Source: a virus. Taken from it: a DNA stretch of 64,000 bases. Below the pieces are notes generated by a model, which was not told the DNA's origin, did no database searches, and was given only the letters and a program-made list of their open reading frames with translations. Within the stretch, counting starts at the first letter, position 1, and each line of letters begins with the position of its first letter. The position numbers and the translations under genes are program-made. Shown piece by piece: positions 1 through 9,191 of the stretch. The stretch covers positions 15,472 through 79,471 of the IMG/VR virus record IMGVR_UViG_3300021197_001584. One strand, 5' to 3'.

Positions 1-354
1 ATCTTCGATGCGAGTTTCTTCGCCTTGAGCACGAATTACTTCGTTAGAGATAGCAGTAGCGTTTGCTGACTCAGCACCTTGAGCACGAACGATTTCGCCA
101 TCAAGAGCAGATTGAATACCTTGACGGCCCAATTCTGCTGCTGCTTCAACATTTTTTAAGTGTTTTTCTTGTACAAGTTTGTCTCCGTCAACGACAGGAG
201 CATTTGCGACACCAACTTTAACAGCATCAGAAATTTCTGAAATGTTCTTTACGGCGCCAACTGGAAGTGTAAGTTTACCTTCCGCCAATCCTAACATATC
301 AAATTCAGTAACCTGATCGTCAATCTTGACTTTTCCTAAGAATAATTTTGACAT
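1..354 (-). CDS. Fibre-like coiled-coil protein, N-terminal part (runs off the window)
   Basis: Read manually: ATG at 354 after GGAGG; MSKLFLGKVKIDDQ...EIVRAQGAESANATAISNEVIRAQGEETRIED; E..RA..[AE]E repeats typical of phage fibre coiled coils. Confidence 0.65.
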   Translation of the reverse strand, partial: MSKLFLGKVKIDDQVTEFDMLGLAEGKLTLPVGAVKNISEISDAVKVGVANAPVVDGDKLVQEKHLKNVEAAAELGRQGIQSALDGEIVRAQGAESANATAISNEVIRAQGEETRIED

Positions 355-537
355 TATTATTTTCCTCCAAATAATGTTTATAACACCCTCGGACACAGGT
401 CCAAGAGTTACACCTAACTATTTCGATAATATCTAAAAAGAAATTTTATTTTGACTAGTTTAGCAATGCTCTTTCTAAACGCTAAAAAAAGTTTACAAAA
501 ACCCTAGATGTTCGATTCTAGCGGAAAGATAGAGGAA

Positions 538-2697
538 TTACATTATGAAGAATTTGGATTGTCCATCAGTGTAAATGTTGATGGATGATCCGGGAGAAAC
601 GAAAGTCAAACTTGATCTGTTTTCAACCAACTGATTTGACTGTGGTATGATGGTGATTGTGAACTGGTCTGCGTTTTCAGCCTCATCTTTAATTACGAAG
701 ATTTGGCCATTGAACAATGTTGATGCATCAGGTAAAGTTACGGTCGTATTTTGTGTTGCTTGTAAGCCAACAAAGTAGTCTGTGTTCAACATGCTGTAGT
801 TTGAGGCTACGACCACTCTGTTTCTAACTTCTATACCAGATTGAACTGCTGGTGACATGATGACGTTACCGTTTGCATCCAGAGACAAGAAGTTGCTAGA
901 TGACCCTTGTTGGACATTTGTTAGGTTTAGAGATGGAATGATCACCTTTCCCGATGATGGTTCAAGCGATAAGTCTCCTGCTGGAGTCGCATTGAGATCT
1001 GCATATCTGTATTGAGATATTCCAAATACAAACTCTGAGTTGGTTAATCTTAATTGAGGATTTGTTGTGTCTTTGATCTCGACCATCTTGGATGGGTTGT
1101 TGATGTTGATTCCGAGAGGTCCTCCAATGTTTGCTGCATTTGCAACATTAAGTGAAGTTAGCGTCCCCAAACTTGTTACGTTCGGCTGAGCAGCGGTGCT
1201 AAGTGTGCCTCCAAGATTTGTAGAATTCACTGTTGTTGCGTCAAGAGTTGGAGTCGCAATGTTGTCACTATTGATCGTTGTGTTGCCATTCGTGATTGTC
1301 GTCGATGTGATGTTTGTAAAATATCCCGCAGCAGAGGAAACAGATACTGATGATGACACTTGTCCGATGTTATTAAGAACTATGTCGCCATTAGAGCCTA
1401 CCACAAGCTCACCAAGAACGTTTGTGTCGTTGCCTATGTCTAGTGTCGTAGAGTTCGTTGAAAGAGTTGTGGAGCCATTGTTGACGCTTATAGATAGTTT
1501 TTCGGTTGTGGTTCCGACTTTAAATTGATTTGATGGTGCTTCTATCTCAAACTTTGCACCGTCAGAGTAATCTCCAACGCCAATGAGTCCGTTGTTGATA
1601 AATAACCCATTGTCAATTGCAAGACCATTAGGAACAGAGATTGTGTCTGCGTTGACGATAATCGTGTCTGTTGCTTCATCTCCAAGAGTCAAAGTGTCTG
1701 CCGATACTGCAAAGTCTGTAGTTCGCGCAGTGAAGGATCCTGTAACCACAAGATCACCAGAGACGTTAAGATCTCCTGTGACATTTGTTTGACCGTTAGA
1801 AGGACTTATGGTAAAGTCTCCGTCTGTGTTTGTGTGTAGATCTGTGTATTCGTGATCTTGTACTCCGAAAACTCCTCGTTGACTTGTCAAGCGCAATTGA
1901 GTCGAAGTGGAAAGAATTTCCGATGTTGCTTGAGGATCGGAGACGTTAACTCCAATCTTGTTCTCTGATGACTTCACATAGAATGTCCCATTAAAGGTTG
2001 CATCGTTTGCAACATTAAGATTCGTTAGTGTTCCGACATCGGTTATGTTCGTTTGAGATGGTGATGTTAATAGTCCCTCAAGGGTTGTTGATTGGATGTG
2101 AACTGCATTAGCAATTGTTCCAGTCTCCATAGTAAGGGTTCCATCTGTAAGTTGGTCAGCTTGAATGTCGCCAACGTCCATGGATTCGAAAAGTCCAATT
2201 GAGCTACTGATTTGCGAGGCGTCGATCTCTAGAGCTTGTATGTCTCCAATGACATCTAATAGTGCGCCATCGAATGTTAGATTCTCTTCTGCATTGACGG
2301 TGTTGTCAGTCACAGAAGTTACAAGCCTGTTATCGCCGTGGTTCGTGTAGTAGTTGATTGGTACACCATCAAGGTCTCCACCCCATCCGTAGAAGTTCTG
2401 AGCGGTTACGTTGCCGTTTACATCCACTGAGCCGGTAAATTGATGAAGGTCATCTGGTGTGTCTCCAAACACTGAAGATCCTGAGACTTCAAAGTGGAAG
2501 ACTGTTTGAGTTTGGTTTTGGATCTCGAAGTTGTGAGCAACGATGTTTCCGGAAACTAGCAGTGAGTTTAAGTCATCAGACCAAATTAAATTTGGATCGT
2601 GCTCGAGTTCGGTTCCAGGACCAGCAAGTTGGATTGATCCTTTAGGACCCGATCCTTGACGGCCGACAACATATGCCCATCCAAATTCCTTCGCCAT
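538..2697 (-). CDS. Tail fibre / adhesin-like virion protein
   Basis: 719 aa, T/S/N/G-rich beta repeats; duplicated modules (QxNxTxxGTLTxLNVAN; IGxNxxxP...QLRLT); C-terminal TVTLP...IKD fibre-tip-like segment. Confidence 0.7.
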   Translation of the reverse strand: MAKEFGWAYVVGRQGSGPKGSIQLAGPGTELEHDPNLIWSDDLNSLLVSGNIVAHNFEIQNQTQTVFHFEVSGSSVFGDTPDDLHQFTGSVDVNGNVTAQNFYGWGGDLDGVPINYYTNHGDNRLVTSVTDNTVNAEENLTFDGALLDVIGDIQALEIDASQISSSIGLFESMDVGDIQADQLTDGTLTMETGTIANAVHIQSTTLEGLLTSPSQTNITDVGTLTNLNVANDATFNGTFYVKSSENKIGVNVSDPQATSEILSTSTQLRLTSQRGVFGVQDHEYTDLHTNTDGDFTISPSNGQTNVTGDLNVSGDLVVTGSFTARTTDFAVSADTLTLGDEATDTIIVNADTISVPNGLAIDNGLFINNGLIGVGDYSDGAKFEIEAPSNQFKVGTTTEKLSISVNNGSTTLSTNSTTLDIGNDTNVLGELVVGSNGDIVLNNIGQVSSSVSVSSAAGYFTNITSTTITNGNTTINSDNIATPTLDATTVNSTNLGGTLSTAAQPNVTSLGTLTSLNVANAANIGGPLGININNPSKMVEIKDTTNPQLRLTNSEFVFGISQYRYADLNATPAGDLSLEPSSGKVIIPSLNLTNVQQGSSSNFLSLDANGNVIMSPAVQSGIEVRNRVVVASNYSMLNTDYFVGLQATQNTTVTLPDASTLFNGQIFVIKDEAENADQFTITIIPQSNQLVENRSSLTFVSPGSSINIYTDGQSKFFIM

Positions 2698-3716
2698 TAC
2701 TCATCGATTCCCGGTCCGGTTAATTCATACATGCGAGATGCAGGAATGCCTGTGAGTGGTGCGTCTATTCCAACTTCTAAAGCGCCGATGGCATGCAAAA
2801 AGACTTGCTTACATTTGGCAGATAAGGTTATCTGCTCTTGGCCTGACAATGTTATTTTGTGTCTTGCTTCGGCGTTTTCGATTAAACGACCGTCAACGAA
2901 AAATAAGGGAGTAGAACCACCGATAAGGGAAAGATCGTTTGCTGATATTCTGTCATAAATAAGATTTGTTGCATCTGGGGTTGCATAGAAGTTTTTGTAA
3001 TTATTGTCTTCGAAGGCCCAATGCGACACTAAACTAGAAGCTTGGGAGTGGTTCTTGATTTTCATAGCAGCACCATCATTGTAAAGCTCTGCCACCTCAC
3101 TATCTCCGAGAGCAGTTGAGAACAAAACTAGTTCATCGTAGATTCCATCATAACCAGTCCCTCCAGTCCCTCCGATGTCTAGACCAGTAAATCCTACACC
3201 AGCATCATGGGTGTTTTCTACTGCAAAATTTCCATTAAGATAAAGTCGATTGGATGTACCGTTTATAGAAAGTGTTACGTTGATCCAATCTCCAGAAGAC
3301 AATAAAGTAGCATCATCGGCATTGTTTCCATCTACTCTTAGTCTTAGCCTGTTAGTCGATGTCGTTTGAATTCTCACTGCATTGCCGCCAATCAACTCGA
3401 ATAATCTTAGTCCTGTAATTGGGTTCTGTAATTTTATCCAAGCAGAAACTGTAAACTGATCGATGGAGGAAAATGTTGAAGACAAATATTCAGTCGTACC
3501 ACCAAAGTCAATAGCACGTTTTGGTTCGCAAAACATAATCTCTAACGAGTGTCCAGCACCATTGTGATCATTGCAAATTTTAATTTTGTTTGTTACACTA
3601 GGAAACTCAACAAGAACCTTTTGACCACTTGTCAAGTTCAAATCTTTAAGAAAAGGCCTACCAGAAACCTGATAAGATCCTACATTTTGCAACCCTACGC
3701 TATATCTAAAAGTCAT
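2697..3716 (-). CDS. Virion protein with inserted LamG/concanavalin-like domain
   Basis: FTVSAWIK...WINVT...LYLNG...YDGIYDEL..F..AL...EVAELYN LamG signature, flanked by halves paralogous to 3716..4141. Confidence 0.75.
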   Translation of the reverse strand: MTFRYSVGLQNVGSYQVSGRPFLKDLNLTSGQKVLVEFPSVTNKIKICNDHNGAGHSLEIMFCEPKRAIDFGGTTEYLSSTFSSIDQFTVSAWIKLQNPITGLRLFELIGGNAVRIQTTSTNRLRLRVDGNNADDATLLSSGDWINVTLSINGTSNRLYLNGNFAVENTHDAGVGFTGLDIGGTGGTGYDGIYDELVLFSTALGDSEVAELYNDGAAMKIKNHSQASSLVSHWAFEDNNYKNFYATPDATNLIYDRISANDLSLIGGSTPLFFVDGRLIENAEARHKITLSGQEQITLSAKCKQVFLHAIGALEVGIDAPLTGIPASRMYELTGPGIDE

Positions 3717-4141
3717 TATGAACTTACTCCATCCAACCCTTCTAGGTCATACATTGAACCAGCCGGAATATTCGTTAATTCTGCAAAAACTTCCACATCA
3801 CCAGCCTGTAAAGCAGCTACGTTGCCGATAGAGAAAAACACTTCTTTGCATTTAACATCAAAAGTGTGTGTTGTGTTTGCCAAGACAATAAAATAATTTC
3901 CACTTGTTGAAGCGTCAGTTGTGAAATCAAATGTTGGTGCAATTGTGCGGTCATAAGGTGCAAAATGAACTTTAATTTGATGCTTTACTTTGAATGTGAT
4001 GCTTTTTGTCACATTAGGAAATTGAATTCTAGCAGACTCATCATTCAATGTTGGCAATGTCGGAACCAGCAAGAATGGTTTGCCGCTTACTTGATATGCT
4101 CCAACGTGATTTAGACCTACGCTATAGATATTTGAACTCAT
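3716..4141 (-). CDS. Small virion protein, paralog of 2697..3716 without LamG
   Basis: YSVGLxxVGxYQVSGxPFL N-terminus and LTxIPAxxMYxLxG C-terminus shared with neighbour; SD GGAGA; late motif upstream. Confidence 0.65.
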   Translation of the reverse strand: MSSNIYSVGLNHVGAYQVSGKPFLLVPTLPTLNDESARIQFPNVTKSITFKVKHQIKVHFAPYDRTIAPTFDFTTDASTSGNYFIVLANTTHTFDVKCKEVFFSIGNVAALQAGDVEVFAELTNIPAGSMYDLEGLDGVSS

Positions 4142-4170
4142 GATTGTCTCCTCTCTTTAGGACTAACTAG

Positions 4171-4365
4171 TTATTGCTTCTTCTTCTTAAGGTTTGCTCT
4201 CCATTTTTTGCGAGCAAGACGCTTCTTTTCGGACTTCGAAGTGAAGTGTTTGTTGTCTCGGATTTCTTGCATGATTCCGAGCTTTTTGCATTTCTTTGTG
4301 AAACGCTTGATAAATCTTTCCATGTTCTCGCCTTTGCGAGGCTTGTCTTTAAAATTGGTAGCCAT
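4171..4365 (-). CDS. rpsU: Phage-encoded 30S ribosomal protein bS21
   Basis: 64 aa basic protein: GENMERFIKRFTKKCKKLGIMQEIRDNKHFTSKSEKKR matches the bS21 pattern; start moved to ATG 4365. Confidence 0.85.
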   Translation of the reverse strand: MATNFKDKPRKGENMERFIKRFTKKCKKLGIMQEIRDNKHFTSKSEKKRLARKKWRANLKKKKQ

Positions 4366-4367
4366 TG

Positions 4368-4793
4368 TTATCCCTTTGCTAATTTTGACCATAGAGCCGA
4401 AGATGTTCCGAAAGCTGACAAGTCAACGCCGGGATCATTTGGTGCAACGCCATCAAGAGCTTTCGCTCCTTGTGGTGATGTTGCTGATCTCCCGCTATCT
4501 CTGCTAGACAAAGGCGTTGTTCCTTCGAACAAGTCGACTCCGTTAAAAGAGTCTCTACCAATTGAGTCAAGCATTTTGCGACGTTGTTCTTTACGCTTCC
4601 GCTCTTGGGCTTCGTAATCGATTTGTGGTTTTTGATAAGTTGGTTGTGCTTGAGTCTCGACGATACGCTGACCACCAGTCCCTTTCACAACCTCTGAAAT
4701 AATTCCGGAGAGAACTCCTTCTTCAAAGATTACTTCTTTTATGCACTCTTTTATGAGTGGCTTTAAAGTTTTTCTTAATTGTTCTTTGTTCAT
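4368..4793 (-). CDS. Hypothetical head-associated protein
   Basis: 141 aa; N-terminus LRKTLKPLIKECIKEV resembles the MKLTK...IIKEEL leader; lies between protease and rpsU. Confidence 0.6.
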   Translation of the reverse strand: MNKEQLRKTLKPLIKECIKEVIFEEGVLSGIISEVVKGTGGQRIVETQAQPTYQKPQIDYEAQERKRKEQRRKMLDSIGRDSFNGVDLFEGTTPLSSRDSGRSATSPQGAKALDGVAPNDPGVDLSAFGTSSALWSKLAKG

Positions 4794-5417
4794 TTAGTCT
4801 CCAAGAATCTTCTTAAATAGATTGTCAATGTTATTTTCTTTTTGTTCTCGCAACTTTGTTGAGAAACGAGATGGCTTATTAGGGCCTCCTTTCGGATAAA
4901 CATAGGCATCTGGCGTTGACGGTTCTGACACAATGTCAAAGCAGATAAGTTGGAAATCTTCTTGAACAACGGTCTGTCCTCTTGACTCTGATACGGATCC
5001 AAGTCCACGAGATGAAATTCCAAGTTTCACACCAGCATTGATGAGGTCCTTTAGAATTCTACCGCTAGGAGTGTCGAGGATCTTGATCTTGCCCATTACA
5101 TCTCTTCCCTCCCACCAACACTCTGTGACGATGTGAGAAACGTTTTTAAGGTTAATTACGGAGTCGTCAGGGTGATCTAATTCACCTGTCGCTCTGTTAT
5201 CCTTGATAATTTTTTGATAGTTTTCGATTTCACGTTTGAGGACTTTGTCTGGATACACACGACCATTACCGTTTTGCTTCTCGGCAGTTTGGATGCGACC
5301 AGTTAAGTACATCGCACCATTGTCTGTGATGTCTCTCTTTTCTCTTTCGGTAAGCAAGTCTTGACACATTCCATCTGGACATAGTGCATGAAATTCTCTT
5401 AGCAATTTTTTTGACAT
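4794..5417 (-). CDS. Prohead maturation protease (T4 gp21-like)
   Basis: NGNGRVYP, GELDHP, LGISSRGLGS, FDIVSEPS motifs; start at ATG 5417 after GGAG. Confidence 0.92.
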   Translation of the reverse strand: MSKKLLREFHALCPDGMCQDLLTEREKRDITDNGAMYLTGRIQTAEKQNGNGRVYPDKVLKREIENYQKIIKDNRATGELDHPDDSVINLKNVSHIVTECWWEGRDVMGKIKILDTPSGRILKDLINAGVKLGISSRGLGSVSESRGQTVVQEDFQLICFDIVSEPSTPDAYVYPKGGPNKPSRFSTKLREQKENNIDNLFKKILGD

Positions 5418-5430
5418 TTCTTTCTCCAAT

Positions 5431-5459
5431 AAAAAAACGGGCAGAGATTAACTCCGCCC
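5431..5459 (-). terminator. Intrinsic terminator-like hairpin directly upstream of the protease SD
   Basis: Minus strand GGGCGGAG-TTAAT-CTCTGCCC-G-TTTTTTT. Confidence 0.7.
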
Positions 5460-5482
5460 TTAGCGGGCACTACCCGCGCGAG

Positions 5483-5542
5483 CTAGGAGCCGCTGCAACA
5501 GCGACGGACAGGTTGTAAAACCCAGCGCTTAATCATCAACAT
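5483..5542 (-). CDS. Small peptide MLMIKRWVLQPVRRCCSGS (not in the ORF track)
   Basis: SD-like GGGGGTGA upstream; overlaps the stop of 5529..5858; ends in TAG followed by GC-rich hairpins. Confidence 0.5.
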   Translation of the reverse strand: MLMIKRWVLQPVRRCCSGS

Positions 5543-5858
5543 GCTCACCCCCTGATCTTGATGATAGTCTAAGGCCGAAATCATCGACCAAGACCGAAAT
5601 TAAATAGGATGTTCCAGCTGACAAACAGCCAAGCAGGAACGCATTCACGAATGAACGCTCGTAACTAAATAGTTCAGTATACGGAGAAAGGCATGAAATA
5701 AACACACCAGTCCAGAAGCCCATGCATAACGGACAGTTCCATAGAGTGTTCCACTTCTTTGTATAGTCTTTTTTTGGCCTGATGTCTTCAAAGATTTTTC
5801 CGTAGACCATGATAAAAGTCATGCCGTAGCAAATCAAGATAAAATGTAGTGTGCCCAA
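5529..5858 (-). CDS. Small membrane protein with CxxC (DUF1360-like)
   Basis: Hydrophobic segments plus CPLCMGFW; start reassigned to TTG 5858 after GAGG to remove the overlap with 5869..6504. Confidence 0.6.
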   Translation of the reverse strand: MGTLHFILICYGMTFIMVYGKIFEDIRPKKDYTKKWNTLWNCPLCMGFWTGVFISCLSPYTELFSYERSFVNAFLLGCLSAGTSYLISVLVDDFGLRLSSRSGGEHVDD

Positions 5859-5868
5859 GAGAACCTCG

Positions 5869-6504
5869 TTAGTAAGTGTAGCGGCCGTAGAGATAGGGAG
5901 CAAACAAGTTTCGTTGACGGATAGATCCCTTTTGATCTTCATGAGGGACCTCGCCAAGCTCTGTTGAGTATTCTCCATCAGGATTGACCATGTGCTTCTC
6001 TACGTCTTCATCGTGACCCTTGAGTCGCTTGACGTAAGGCTCTTCGTCCTTCATCCATTCGTGAATTGCTAGCAACGTAATCTTGTTTACATCGTGCTCT
6101 TTGGCATCCATGAGTTTGCCTTCCATGGATCCATAGATGTTCCCGCCTTGAATTGAGTCAAATTCGAGTACACCTTTCTTTCTTAGAAACTCAAACAATC
6201 TAGATTCAGCACCATAGACGAAGTCTGAATTCATTTCTTTGGCAAATGCCGTGACCTTTCGGTCTTTCTGATTGAGTACGATATCGATGTCTCTGTGAGC
6301 GAAGATCATGAGGTCTCCATTAACTGCTGATTTTGCTTGAAGTTCGAACTCAATACGTTCTTTGTCTAGGATCTCGATCTTCACAGTTGGTTCCTGAGGT
6401 TCTTCCGGTCGATCAACTTGCTTGATTTTAATCTTTATGTTTGAACCTTCTTCTTCCGCTTCAACGATTGGCTCTTCTCGAGTAACTTTGACTTTAACTG
6501 ACAT
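5869..6504 (-). CDS. Hypothetical protein, head morphogenesis cluster
   Basis: 211 aa ORF in the portal-protease cluster. Confidence 0.6.
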   Translation of the reverse strand: MSVKVKVTREEPIVEAEEEGSNIKIKIKQVDRPEEPQEPTVKIEILDKERIEFELQAKSAVNGDLMIFAHRDIDIVLNQKDRKVTAFAKEMNSDFVYGAESRLFEFLRKKGVLEFDSIQGGNIYGSMEGKLMDAKEHDVNKITLLAIHEWMKDEEPYVKRLKGHDEDVEKHMVNPDGEYSTELGEVPHEDQKGSIRQRNLFAPYLYGRYTY

Positions 6505-7309
6505 TGCGCTTTACCTCCGCTAAAAGGTCTTGAATGTAAAATATCTCTTCGACTACGGCCTCATTTAAAGGCTGAGATGCGTAGTTGTCCAGCTTTGCCT
6601 TAACTTTTTTAAAATTTTCATTTAAGGCACTATTACGTCCTTCTACAATCTCGGCGCTTACGGCTTCTTTGAGACGTCCGATTTCCGAATTTAGATAAGA
6701 CTTAAGTCCCAATCCATTATCGGAAAATGATGTAATAAAGTTTGTCAAAAGCTCTTTCTGCTCTGTTAACAAAGAATGTTCATAAGTGTCGTTAAATCTG
6801 TTAACGAACATTTTGAATTCTAACTTGTCGAGATGTTTCATTTCTGTTAAAACCTTTTCTGATCTACAAAGGTATCTCACACAATTGTCTTCAAGCATTA
6901 TGCGCTTCTTTGCAGAGAGATTGTCTTGTTGCAAGAACAAGCCTACTGTTGCAAGGTCTTTGTAGTTTGGAACGAAGATCCCAAATGAGTCAGAACCCAG
7001 TGCTTTATTGATTCTGTTAATGAGCTTTGTTTGCTCATTGAACACTTCTCTTCGATCTATGGAATCAAAGTCCTTCTTTGTTTCAGCCAATAGACGGCGT
7101 GAGTAATTAGCTTTCAAATCCTTTGACTCAAGAAGAGATCGATAGATCTCAAGTTCACGAGCTAGTGTTGTTCCTTTTGTAAAGAACTCTTTTAGGATTG
7201 CTTTTACGATTTGCTGCTCTTGTTTGTTTTCGCGAATGACAGACTTTGTCAATGAGCGAACAAGGCATTCGTAAAGAAAAGCGGTATTTCTTTTCTTATT
7301 GTGTTTCAT
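6494..7309 (-). CDS. Hypothetical protein next to portal (possible prohead core/scaffold)
   Basis: 271 aa, helical, immediately downstream of the portal; function inferred from position only. Confidence 0.55.
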   Translation of the reverse strand: MKHNKKRNTAFLYECLVRSLTKSVIRENKQEQQIVKAILKEFFTKGTTLARELEIYRSLLESKDLKANYSRRLLAETKKDFDSIDRREVFNEQTKLINRINKALGSDSFGIFVPNYKDLATVGLFLQQDNLSAKKRIMLEDNCVRYLCRSEKVLTEMKHLDKLEFKMFVNRFNDTYEHSLLTEQKELLTNFITSFSDNGLGLKSYLNSEIGRLKEAVSAEIVEGRNSALNENFKKVKAKLDNYASQPLNEAVVEEIFYIQDLLAEVKRNVS

Positions 7310-9188
7310 CCTGATCTCCTTTCATGGTTAGTGATTCTAATAGTGTTCTAATTTCAGCTTCAGATTTAAATAGTTGGCTTTCTTCGAAATCGGTAGATTC
7401 TGTTACACCTCGAGCTAATGAGTCTAAACCACCAAATCCGACTTTGCCGGGAAAGGTCTTGCGAGCAGTTCCGATCTCACCAGAAGCAGTGTTGTTCATT
7501 TGTTTTTTCATTCCACCTTTTCTATAAGTCAACTTGTGCCGCTTGTAAGGTCCTCGGGGTTTTGCATCATCATCACGCTTTGCTGGAGGTTCTGCCATTA
7601 GATCGGGTTCGCCACCAGAATCACCACCAGCGTCATCGCCAGCGTCATCGCTTCCTGTATCTAAGTCCCCACCTAAATCATCCCCGCCTAGGTCGAGGTC
7701 TCCACCTCCACCGCCAGAGTCACCGCCGCCTTCATCTCCTTGACCAGCCCCTTCGAGAGCGTTCATGAACTTCTTATCGCTAAACATTTCACGTTGCATT
7801 CGCAAGTATTCTTCTTGTGACAAACCGAGTAAGTTTTCAGAAACCCAACGACGAGAGAAGTAGCCTTCTGTTGCTGCTCCTGCAATGTCAAACTTTGTCT
7901 TCCAATGTTCGAGTTCTTGCATCTCGGCAATCTTTGATGGATTATTAAGACGAAGCTTGAAGTTCAACAGATCATCATCGCGATATCCCATTGTGTAAAG
8001 ATGAACAATTCCAACTTTCTCAAGTTCCGAAATGAGAACTCGTTGAAGTCTCTGAATGGTTCTTGCGAATCGGATGTCCTTTTGAGCAAGAGTTGTCTTG
8101 TCTTCAGTTGCTCCTTCACCCATCGATAGATATGATTGTGGAACTTTGAGAGCAGAAAATAGTTTGTCTCGAAGATATTTGACATCTTCGATCTGTGCTG
8201 TAAATTGTCCTCCAGGAAGGTTCTCAATGTTCGTAGAGGACTGTCCGCCTCTAACTGGGATAAAGTAGTCCTCTTCAATCGAAAGTGGGTTGTAGCGTAA
8301 ATCTACGCGACCTGTGGTTGGGTCAACAACTTGGTGACGCTTCATCTGAGTCATGACTTTTTGCATGTATTGTTCAACGTCTTGAGGTGCGATTCCACCA
8401 ACGTCAATCTTGAAAACACGACGCTCTGGTGAGCGAGTGATTCTGTAAGCCATCATGGCATCTTCCAATAGCGTAAGTTGTCTCCAGATCCGTCTAGCGG
8501 GCTCTAGGACGCTTGTTCCGTAAGGAGCATGTTTGTCATTACCTAACACTCTAAAGTGCGCTATTTGCCAATTTTCGAGCGTTAAAGAGGCATTGTTCCA
8601 TTGGTATTGAACATAGTTGGGATTTGTTGGATCCTCGCCTTCAAGTCTCTCGACTTCTTGAGGAGGAAGTCCGATGCAGTTTTGGATTCCTTTGCTCTCG
8701 TCAATGTCGAGATAGACAAATAGGTCTCCGTACTTACACATGGTTCTCGCCCAGCCGAAGAGGTTGTGTTCAACATTCATGATGTTGTAGTAAAGATTGT
8801 GCAAAATGTATTTGATTTCATCATTTGTGCAATTGATGTGGAGCATTGGAGTCAATGCTGAGTGAGTTGTCATCTCGTCTGCGTAAATGTCGAGAGAAGA
8901 TGCAATCTCTGGTGTAAATTCCATTTGGTCGAAATCGATGTAACGCTCTGCTCGGTTTCTGTTCGAGATCATGTTGAGCGTCATGATGTTCATTGGGTTG
9001 TATTCGGTCTTCTTGAACTGCTGACCTGATGCGGACTTGAAACGCTTTGCGTAAATATCCAAGTGGCGTCGTCGGAGTTGTCGTCCTGATTGTGTTCGTC
9101 GTTGGGTCAGAGGCCCCGAGAACATTCTAGTTAAAGCTTTGAATAAATCGTTTTGATTGTTATTCGGGTTTCTTTCGTTGCGAGCCAT
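7296..9188 (-). CDS. Portal protein (T4 gp20-like)
   Basis: LLEDAMMAYRITRSPERRVFKIDVG, EEDYFIPVRGG, LPGG, DVKYLRDKLFSALKVP motifs; Gly/Asp-rich C-terminal tail. Confidence 0.95.
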   Translation of the reverse strand: MARNERNPNNNQNDLFKALTRMFSGPLTQRRTQSGRQLRRRHLDIYAKRFKSASGQQFKKTEYNPMNIMTLNMISNRNRAERYIDFDQMEFTPEIASSLDIYADEMTTHSALTPMLHINCTNDEIKYILHNLYYNIMNVEHNLFGWARTMCKYGDLFVYLDIDESKGIQNCIGLPPQEVERLEGEDPTNPNYVQYQWNNASLTLENWQIAHFRVLGNDKHAPYGTSVLEPARRIWRQLTLLEDAMMAYRITRSPERRVFKIDVGGIAPQDVEQYMQKVMTQMKRHQVVDPTTGRVDLRYNPLSIEEDYFIPVRGGQSSTNIENLPGGQFTAQIEDVKYLRDKLFSALKVPQSYLSMGEGATEDKTTLAQKDIRFARTIQRLQRVLISELEKVGIVHLYTMGYRDDDLLNFKLRLNNPSKIAEMQELEHWKTKFDIAGAATEGYFSRRWVSENLLGLSQEEYLRMQREMFSDKKFMNALEGAGQGDEGGGDSGGGGGDLDLGGDDLGGDLDTGSDDAGDDAGGDSGGEPDLMAEPPAKRDDDAKPRGPYKRHKLTYRKGGMKKQMNNTASGEIGTARKTFPGKVGFGGLDSLARGVTESTDFEESQLFKSEAEIRTLLESLTMKGDQDETQ

Positions 9189-9191
9189 TTT

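Noticed and set aside
7560-7760. Gly/Asp-rich repetitive stretch in the portal gene
   Set aside because: In-frame low-complexity tail, not a discrete repeat element or insertion
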